In this document: one piece after another, positions 48,126 through 55,529 of the stretch
Layout of the letters: each line of letters opens with the position of its first letter
Position numbering within the stretch: position 1 is the first letter of the stretch
NCBI GenBank assembly: GCA_017442875.1
Contig: JAFSPN010000046.1
Coordinates: forward strand, 723 to 64,722
Reading direction: 5' to 3'
Origin: Bacilli bacterium
Lineage (GTDB): Bacteria > Bacillota_I > Bacilli_A > RFN20 > CAG-826
Length of the DNA stretch: 64,000 bases
Program-made: the position numbers and the translations under genes
Notes under the pieces: generated by a model
The model's input: only the letters and a program-made list of their open reading frames with translations
What the model was told of the DNA's origin: nothing
The model's database searches: none

Positions 48126-48978
48126 TGCCGTCTTTGCTCCTTTCTAGATAGACCATAATTTGTTCAAGATCTGGTTCTTGTGGCTCGATTTTGTTTTTAA
48201 CAAATGCGTCTTTTTTATCGGCATTTATCAAGCCTTCGATGCGGTCATCAAATTCTTTATAAGCGATATATTCATTTAATAATTCTTTGTTTGATGTTTT
48301 GTCTTTAACAAACAAATAGGAATTGATGAAATCCTTTTTAGTGCCACTGTAGAGGATTTCGCCGTCATGAATATAAGTGATATCAGAGGCACATTTATCT
48401 AAGTCGCTTGTAATGTGTGTTGAGAACAATATCGCACGGTCTTTATTTTTAACTAATTGTCTAAAGATATCTAAAATTTCATCTCTCGATACTGGATCAA
48501 GGCCTGAAGTTGGTTCATCAAGAATTAGTAGTTCAGCATGATGAGATAAAGCAATAGCGACACTATATTTAACTTTCATACCACTAGATAATTCTTCTAA
48601 CTTTTTATCGATATTTAAGTTAAATAAGCGACATGCCTCTTCGAATTTGTGCTCATCAAATTTTTTATAAAATCTTTTTGTGACATCCATTAGTTGACGA
48701 ATGGTCTTGTTTGGATAGTAATTAAGTTCGCTTAAAGCAAAACCAATTCTTTGTTTGCATTCAAGTTCGTTTTCACTCATGTCTTTATCAAAGACATAAA
48801 CACTACCACTTTCATAATGCACTAAATTCATGATGCATTTTAAAGTTGTTGTCTTACCAGCGCCATTACGGCCGATAAAGCCCATGATTTGTCCCGGCTT
48901 AATGGAAAAAGAAACATTTTTTAATGAAAATGACGGATAGTTTTTCTTAACGTTTTCAATTCTTAACATTTCGTTCAT
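48106..48978 (-). CDS. ABC transporter ATP-binding protein
   Basis: Walker A GRNGAGKTT, signature LSSGMKVK, Walker B LLILDEPTSGLD, H-loop STHI. Confidence 0.9.
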   Translation of the reverse strand: MNEMLRIENVKKNYPSFSLKNVSFSIKPGQIMGFIGRNGAGKTTTLKCIMNLVHYESGSVYVFDKDMSENELECKQRIGFALSELNYYPNKTIRQLMDVTKRFYKKFDEHKFEEACRLFNLNIDKKLEELSSGMKVKYSVAIALSHHAELLILDEPTSGLDPVSRDEILDIFRQLVKNKDRAILFSTHITSDLDKCASDITYIHDGEILYSGTKKDFINSYLFVKDKTSNKELLNEYIAYKEFDDRIEGLINADKKDAFVKNKIEPQEPDLEQIMVYLERSKDGNESFDL

Positions 48979-49175
48979 TTTTGTTGATCCCCCATAAGCG
49001 AATAGAAAAGATCCGCTTTAAGAAGGGCTATGCCTCTTTCTTTATCGCCCATGACCATCAAAGTATCTCCTTCTTTGATATCGAACATTTTACGGGCTTC
49101 AACTGGAATAGTAATTTGGCCTTTAGGGCCCACTTTAACGCTGACAATGAAGCGATCATTATCTATTTTATCCAT
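48975..49175 (-). CDS. AbrB/MazE/SpoVT-family DNA-binding protein
   Basis: VKVGPKGQITIPVEARKMFDIKEGDTLMVMGD is the looped-hinge-helix signature. Its stop overlaps the ATPase start by 4 nt. Confidence 0.75.
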   Translation of the reverse strand: MDKIDNDRFIVSVKVGPKGQITIPVEARKMFDIKEGDTLMVMGDKERGIALLKADLFYSLMGDQQK

Positions 49176-49240
49176 TTCTTACTTTTCCTACCTTTCTTAC
49201 ATAGCATATACCCTTTATATAACTTTGTTAAGAAAAATCG

Positions 49241-50296
49241 CTAAGCCACTAATTGTTTAACATATTTATTAGGAATTAAGTTTATTAAGAAAGATATTAA
49301 ATAACATATAGCGTATATCGCTAGTACCGCTAAAACGTTTTTAATTGGCCAGCCTAAAGCGCCAAATCCCCACTCAACAAACCTTCCGATAACATCGTGC
49401 ATGCAGAAAACACCCATCGTAAAAGCGGTAATCCATTTTATAGTTGCTTTAAAGTCACTACTATTTATCGCATTTAGTGGGTTCGTGTATGCAGTAAGTA
49501 CTAATAAGGCGGCCATCGATAATTTAAATAAGCCAGCATAATCATAGCCGGGTGTCCTATAACTAATAAATTGATTCCTAATGATTAAAGCGGCACCCAT
49601 AACCGCTAATGTGGAAACAAAGATAATGATTTTAATTTTGAAATTTACTTTATATAAATGAGGAATGGTTAACGATAGCCATACTCCCGCAGTTGCGTAG
49701 GGAATCATTTCCACTATTCGACCAACGCTCACTCTGATTTCAAAGATCGTTTGATTAAATAGCCAAACATTTAATCCAGTATATTGAAGAACTAAGCAAA
49801 TAATAGAAAATATGGAAACCACAATAAGAAATACCTTTTTATTAGATAAATATCTAATCAACCAGAATAAACCACTAATCCAAATCATCATCGATAAGAA
49901 CCATAATGAAACATTGATATGAGAAACGGTTAATAATTGCCACCCTAGCAAGTATAGAGGCAAATTTGGCCACATGATTAAAGAAAGAAGATAACTAACT
50001 ATTCCCCAAAAGGCAAACGGAATAACCATTCTTAGTATTCTATTTTTACATTTAATACCACTAGGCTCTAAAAAGTAGTGACCACACAAAAGAAATGACA
50101 TTAACATAAAAACTGGGACATGGAATTCCTGAAAGACATAAAACATTCCACCCAGTTTAAATAGAGCCTGCCCACCATAATGTGTGGAAACAATCATAAA
50201 ACACATGAAAAAGCGAAGTATTGCCACTCCCACTACAAATTGTTTATCTTCTTTTGGTTTCTCTAAATTATTTGTCTCTTGAACTATTTCTTCCAT
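49241..50296 (-). CDS. acyltransferase family 3 (membrane O-acyltransferase)
   Basis: 351 aa with ~10 TM segments. The N-terminal motif VAILRFFMCFMIVSTHY is typical of Acyl_transf_3. Confidence 0.65.
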   Translation of the reverse strand: MEEIVQETNNLEKPKEDKQFVVGVAILRFFMCFMIVSTHYGGQALFKLGGMFYVFQEFHVPVFMLMSFLLCGHYFLEPSGIKCKNRILRMVIPFAFWGIVSYLLSLIMWPNLPLYLLGWQLLTVSHINVSLWFLSMMIWISGLFWLIRYLSNKKVFLIVVSIFSIICLVLQYTGLNVWLFNQTIFEIRVSVGRIVEMIPYATAGVWLSLTIPHLYKVNFKIKIIIFVSTLAVMGAALIIRNQFISYRTPGYDYAGLFKLSMAALLVLTAYTNPLNAINSSDFKATIKWITAFTMGVFCMHDVIGRFVEWGFGALGWPIKNVLAVLAIYAICYLISFLINLIPNKYVKQLVA

Positions 50297-50563
50297 TTAA
50301 TAATGATTTTGCTATTTATACATTATACGCACATTTGGGCATGATAAAGTCATGAGGATTTAAGTTTCCAATCGTCGAATAAATCATTTGTAGTTGCCTG
50401 AACTCACTTATCCGCTTTTGGACAATTTTATCTATCCATATTATGTCGTGTTTATGATCATTCGCGAACAAGAAAAAACCGAGATTTTTCACTCAGCTCT
50501 GTTTCTCAATAATTTTATATCGTAGCATTATCAAGTTTTTTTATTTTTTTATCTATGTATTCA

Positions 50564-51091
50564 TTAGTTTAAAAGGATATATCCTCTAAAGCCACGGACT
50601 GAATAATATGAATCCGCGCTATTATGAAAATAGAAGATGTGGCCATATCTTTTTTCACAAAATAAAGCACCACCTTTGCTTCTAATACTCTCCGGGGTTT
50701 TTATCCAACTTGATGTTGCTAAATCAAATTCTTCGATATTTTGTAAAAAATTATAAATATCTAAATCCATTAATAAAATGCCATTTTTGTTCGCTTCTTC
50801 TATCGCACTAGATATAGGAGCGTTTTTCTTTCTACTTAATCTAGCCTTCTCATCATAGCAGAGACTTTTTCTGCCTTTAGGTGTTTCTTTAGAAAAATCA
50901 CAAATGATTAATAGATTTAATGGTGTAATAAAAGCAACATCTACTTCTCCACCAGTTTCTTCCATATATTTAATTGAAGCTAATGTTTTGGGATTGTTGA
51001 TTTTAGTTAAAACATCATCCCATTTGATGCCTTCATGTCTATATAAATGCTGATCAAATCTACTTTTTAATGTTTCTAAAATATCATTCAT
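50564..51091 (-). CDS. DUF4256-like protein
   Basis: The 175-aa soluble protein has LKSRFDQHLYRHEGIKWDDV...YMEETGGEVDV, which matches my recollection of DUF4256. Not verified. Confidence 0.5.
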   Translation of the reverse strand: MNDILETLKSRFDQHLYRHEGIKWDDVLTKINNPKTLASIKYMEETGGEVDVAFITPLNLLIICDFSKETPKGRKSLCYDEKARLSRKKNAPISSAIEEANKNGILLMDLDIYNFLQNIEEFDLATSSWIKTPESIRSKGGALFCEKRYGHIFYFHNSADSYYSVRGFRGYILLN

Positions 51092-51216
51092 GCTTTCATG
51101 ATACAGTAAGCAAGACTACTTCTAATATGAATATTTAAAAAATTTGAGTTATTTTTATTTAAATAAGAATTCAAATAGATACCGCAAAGAGAAGTAAAAA
51201 GAAAAGGCCGCTATTA

Positions 51217-51375
51217 CACGGCTTTAGTATAATAAGTCATTTTGTCCATTTTTGAATAAGTAAATTTAAAAAATGTGTTGGTATGACTCCCGGCAAATAC
51301 CGCGCAGAAGTTATCAACACAAATGCTATTCACGCCCAAGACGTGATGTTTGATGTCATTAAAAATATCAATTAG
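51217..51375 (+). pseudogene. remnant of the C-terminal HTH of an AraC/XylS-family regulator (in-frame TGA, no N-terminal part)
   Basis: The frame reads HGFSIISHFVHF*ISKFKKCVGMTPGKYRAEVINTNAIHAQDVMFDVIKNIN*. GFS..SHF and FKK..GMTP..YR are the AraC second-helix signature. There is no upstream coding continuation and no start codon. Confidence 0.4.
51232..51267 (+). repeat. direct repeat copy A (ATAAGTCATTTTGTCCATTTTTGAATAAGTAAATTT)
   Basis: 33 of 36 positions are identical to 58473..58508 in the same orientation. On the minus strand it is followed by a hairpin (51207-51222) and CTTTTCTT. Confidence 0.8.
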
Positions 51376-54182
51376 ACACTATTCACTGTCCCGAAGAAAC
51401 CACTGAGATATGATCTGCTCCAATTAGTCATATCAGCAGCATTAGGAATATTGCAAACAAATGTATCATTAGCGAGAACTCCATTCCCTACATAGGTGAG
51501 TTCTTTATTTAATGTTAGAGATGGTAGATTCACTAAACCCGCAAAAGCATATGAACCTAATGTTTCTAACGTAGAAGGCAAGACATTTAGTCCATGATAA
51601 GTCTCAATCGCCACAAGAGATTGACAGTTATTAAATGCATAATCACTAATCTCGGTGACATTAGGTAAATCGATATGTTCTAAGATTAAACAACTATCAA
51701 AGCAGTGTTCAGGAATGACTTGCACACTACTAGGTAAAACGATTTCTTCTAAAGAACGACAATCATAGAATGTTTTCTTATTGAGTTGTAAGCCTTCACT
51801 TAAGACCACTTTTTGGACACCGAAAGCATTTTCAAATTGGTTTTCTTTCATCTGACCAGTACCAGTCACCACTACTTCGAGGTTTCTGGGAATTGCACTA
51901 TCACCAAAAAGATATCTAAATGAAGTAAATGAATCTTTATTTATTGTGATCTTTTGAAGCCCTTCACACTCTTCAAAGATACCGAAACCGATATCGGTAA
52001 CGGAATCAGGAATAACAATCTCTTCTATAGAAGTATCTTTAAAAGCGTGAGGGCCAATATGAGTTAATACTGGAGATAAATTAATTGATGTTAATTCTTC
52101 GCAGTTCATAAAGGCTTCTTCCCCGATAGAAACGACATGTGATAAATCAGGAATCTTTTCCGCATTAATTCCGGAGAAAGAACGTTTACCGATATATTTA
52201 ACATCACCGAGTATTTCTACGATAGTAACGGATTGAATGCCTTTTAAGAAATCATCACAAATGGTTTCACCACTTAAAACTGTGACTTTTCTTAAACTCA
52301 TACTAGATAAGGCATTCTTAAATAAATCAGCGATAGGAGTAACAGCGTTCTTAAGAGTTAATTCTTCGATTAAAGATTGTCCGTATAATACTGCATCTAA
52401 TGATTCCACTTTATCGGACAGACAAGTAAAGGAAGTCATTCTTTTTGAGAACGAATTAGCAGCGAAAGCTTCGTATCCCACGTATTCCACATCTTCATTA
52501 ATCGTCACACTGGTTAACTTAGTTAATTCAAAAGAATTACAACCGATATGTTTGACGTGATCAAATGTGCGATTGATATTCGTTAAACTTTCACTATAAG
52601 AGAAAGCGTAATCTCCGATATATTTACAGTTTGGAAAATCGATTTCATTGATATTAGTTCTCATCGCCGCGTGGTCACAAATTGTGGTGACATTTTCACC
52701 GGTGATTTTATTCGCACCACCATTGACGGGGATACTCTTGCTTCTTAATGTCTCAATGCTTTTCGGGAGAACAATATCTAGGCTTTCATCAGAATATGGT
52801 GCAGCCATCTTGATTAGTTCTTTACCATCTAATGTACAAATATATTTACCATCAATGATATTTAAATATCTATTGCGTTTATCTAAAGCGAATTTCTTAA
52901 TACCAGAATAAACAAATAATGTATTGTTAAAAGCTTCTGGAGCAATATCAGTTATATGATAAGGAATAACGATAGAGTAATAATAATCGGTGTGTGGTAA
53001 TCCAGAAGGAATGGTTGGAAGAGAATTCGAAGCAATTCTTTGCCCACCATTGTCGACTTCGCATTTTGCCCATATCGCATGTAACTTCACAGGTCCGGAA
53101 GAACCTCTATTAATGACATAATCTAAAATGGTTTGATCGCCATCATTTTCTTCTTCCACCCAACCAGCAAAAAGATATCCATTACGATAAGGGTAAGGGA
53201 TTCTTAAACCATCAGTTTCAATATTATAACCAGTGGGATATTCGTCGAAGAACATACCATCATAAAGTTCATAAGATATCGGGTATTCTATGTATTCATA
53301 TTCTGCGATAACCTTGCAATTCTCGCTAATATTGAAGACATTTTCTACTTTTTTGTGGGTTTTTTCCGTATACCAACCAGTAAATGTATAACCAAATTTA
53401 GTGGGTGTCGGTAATGTATAAGTTTCACCGAATGTATAATCCGCTTCTTGGATATCGCATTCTCCACCATTAGGATCGAATTCGATGTGATAGGTATTAG
53501 GAGAGAATCTCGCAGTGAGATTAACATCTTCACCCATATCTTTGGTAATGATATAAGGCTTATAGTATCCGTTAGATTTTCCATCGTTCCAACCGACGAA
53601 AGTATAACCATCACAATAAGCATCAGGAATAATAACTTTTGTACCATAGGTATAACTTCTTGGTGGATCGACCACAAAGCCTTCATTTAATTCATAATCA
53701 ATAGAATAGACATGGGGGTTGAAGTTAGCGAACAAAGATAAATTAATACGATGTGTATTCTTTAAATAAGAGAATGTTTCTACTTTCCAACCGCTGAAGT
53801 CGTAATGTTCTAATTCACTGGTTTGATCAATCACCGCTTCTTTTAGAAGAACATCATCATTAGGAGAACCTTTACTATTAAAAGAGACATTGATTTCTCC
53901 ACCGTATTTCAAAACCTTTTTCGCACACTTTAAATAGTGTTCTTGAGCAAAGAACATCTCTAATCCGATAGCGACACCTTTTCTTGCTAAACTGTCTCTA
54001 TAACCTAATATCTTGGTAAATAAAGTTTTGGCTTCTTCTAATTCGTAATTAGCGAGGTGTTGACTGGCTTGAATATAAATATTCTCACGATTATCACAGC
54101 TTGAAAGAAAGCCCATTCCGGAAATCACTAAAGCGGAAGAGAGAATGGTAAATAAAAGTTTTTTACTCTTCTTTAATTCCAT
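51372..54182 (-). CDS. surface lipoprotein with InlB-B-type repeats and BspA-type leucine-rich repeats
   Basis: Lipobox GFLSSC. Repeats: DGYTFVGWND, FGYTFTGWYT, NGYLFAGWVE. The C-terminal ~500 aa has LRR_5-type units (IVIPDSVTDIGFGIFEECEGLQKITI, IVLPSSVQVIPEHCFDSCLILEHIDL). The start overlaps the upstream gene by 10 nt. Confidence 0.8.
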   Translation of the reverse strand: MELKKSKKLLFTILSSALVISGMGFLSSCDNRENIYIQASQHLANYELEEAKTLFTKILGYRDSLARKGVAIGLEMFFAQEHYLKCAKKVLKYGGEINVSFNSKGSPNDDVLLKEAVIDQTSELEHYDFSGWKVETFSYLKNTHRINLSLFANFNPHVYSIDYELNEGFVVDPPRSYTYGTKVIIPDAYCDGYTFVGWNDGKSNGYYKPYIITKDMGEDVNLTARFSPNTYHIEFDPNGGECDIQEADYTFGETYTLPTPTKFGYTFTGWYTEKTHKKVENVFNISENCKVIAEYEYIEYPISYELYDGMFFDEYPTGYNIETDGLRIPYPYRNGYLFAGWVEEENDGDQTILDYVINRGSSGPVKLHAIWAKCEVDNGGQRIASNSLPTIPSGLPHTDYYYSIVIPYHITDIAPEAFNNTLFVYSGIKKFALDKRNRYLNIIDGKYICTLDGKELIKMAAPYSDESLDIVLPKSIETLRSKSIPVNGGANKITGENVTTICDHAAMRTNINEIDFPNCKYIGDYAFSYSESLTNINRTFDHVKHIGCNSFELTKLTSVTINEDVEYVGYEAFAANSFSKRMTSFTCLSDKVESLDAVLYGQSLIEELTLKNAVTPIADLFKNALSSMSLRKVTVLSGETICDDFLKGIQSVTIVEILGDVKYIGKRSFSGINAEKIPDLSHVVSIGEEAFMNCEELTSINLSPVLTHIGPHAFKDTSIEEIVIPDSVTDIGFGIFEECEGLQKITINKDSFTSFRYLFGDSAIPRNLEVVVTGTGQMKENQFENAFGVQKVVLSEGLQLNKKTFYDCRSLEEIVLPSSVQVIPEHCFDSCLILEHIDLPNVTEISDYAFNNCQSLVAIETYHGLNVLPSTLETLGSYAFAGLVNLPSLTLNKELTYVGNGVLANDTFVCNIPNAADMTNWSRSYLSGFFGTVNSV

Positions 54183-55528
54183 TGATGATTCTCCATCTTC
54201 TCTTTCATCGTGGGGATGATATCGGAAACAGTGCCCTTAAATAAGTGGTCATCTTCACTAGAGGTTTTATCAATTGTATCTGCGGCGTTATGTAGACCTA
54301 AATAACTAAATCTTGGACAGACCATACAAGCTTCTAAACTAATTGAATAAGCGTTGTCATAATTCTTTCTAAGGTTATAGGTGATATAAACATCGAGATC
54401 GAAATATAGACCAACACTATAGGAACCATTAGCAAATGTTGATGGCACGGTCATCGTCCCACTTCTATCATCCGCAAAAGCATCGTGATAATAAGTTAAT
54501 AAATTATTCGTGCTGGTATATAGTTCGTAATCATCGATATCCACCGCATATTTACTGACAATCGTGCCATCTTCATATACAGTTTCTACGAAATTAATCG
54601 TTGATAAATCATAGACATGAATATCGCTAGGAATCTGACTATCTTCATAGGAATATGCACTATTGACTGCATCAGCTACACGATTCTTAAGTGTGGAATC
54701 ATCTAATTTAGAATCACCATCAATCGTATAAGGAACAATAGTATCCGTTCCTTGCACGTGACTCATATAAACATCATCATATAAGCAGACATTACGAAGA
54801 GTACCCACATAGTATGTGGAATGGACATAGAAGATGTTAGGATCTTCCCAAGAATAACGGGAGCTACAGGTATATTTATCACTGATAGAAACCTTATCCA
54901 TCGCCGGAGACATATCATTGTTTTTCGCGGTTTGTGAATAGACCGCATGAATATCTAAATCACCGGTGATTAATGGATGCTCAGGATCCCAACCAATCCA
55001 TTTATAACGATAGAAGGAATCATTGTCTCTAAATGGTGTCCTTCCTTGATATCTTGGATAGTTATCATAAGGAACTTGTTGAGTGTATAAAACAGTGCCG
55101 TCATAGTCGATGAAATTAACCGTATAGATACGATCACTAACAACGATATTGAGGGTGATATTGACCTTTACGCCTCTAAAGACTAAAGCGATGTTATGCA
55201 CACCAACTGTGCCAAATACACTTTCTCTAAATGAATCGGGGAATAATTCTTCCTTTAATGGGAATTCTTCTTTAGTGCCATCATTGTAATTAAGACGATA
55301 TTTCACATTGAAATAGTCGAAGTAACCAATTGGTATTTCATCAGGTATATTGAGGACTTCAACACTAGTGATTTCCTTTTCTCTATCAGGCTTCACGGGT
55401 GGTTCATAAGGAGGCAAAACGTTGTAAATCTCCTCTTTTTGTTCATAATATGCGTTATTTAAAGCATGTCCACACGCTGTGACAGCAAGCAATGCAATTA
55501 ACGCTAAAGTGATATGAGTGCGTTTCAT
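54173..55528 (-). CDS. lipoprotein with Ig-like and InlB-B-type repeat, C-terminal domain unknown
   Basis: Start at MKRTHITLALIALLAVTAC (lipobox), one nt after the upstream stop, with GAGGG upstream. The track ORF extends to 55567. Repeat: YTVNFIDYDGTVLYTQQV...YKWIGWDPE...DLDIHAVY. Confidence 0.7.
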   Translation of the reverse strand: MKRTHITLALIALLAVTACGHALNNAYYEQKEEIYNVLPPYEPPVKPDREKEITSVEVLNIPDEIPIGYFDYFNVKYRLNYNDGTKEEFPLKEELFPDSFRESVFGTVGVHNIALVFRGVKVNITLNIVVSDRIYTVNFIDYDGTVLYTQQVPYDNYPRYQGRTPFRDNDSFYRYKWIGWDPEHPLITGDLDIHAVYSQTAKNNDMSPAMDKVSISDKYTCSSRYSWEDPNIFYVHSTYYVGTLRNVCLYDDVYMSHVQGTDTIVPYTIDGDSKLDDSTLKNRVADAVNSAYSYEDSQIPSDIHVYDLSTINFVETVYEDGTIVSKYAVDIDDYELYTSTNNLLTYYHDAFADDRSGTMTVPSTFANGSYSVGLYFDLDVYITYNLRKNYDNAYSISLEACMVCPRFSYLGLHNAADTIDKTSSEDDHLFKGTVSDIIPTMKEKMENHQWN

Positions 55529-55529
55529 A

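Noticed and set aside
50405-50437. Possible third, inverted and degenerate copy of the 36-bp repeat (CACTTATCCGCTTTTGGACAATTTTATCTATCC)
   Set aside because: Only ~23/33 positions match the reverse complement of copy B. There is no adjacent hairpin in the corresponding orientation, so this could be chance in AT-rich sequence.
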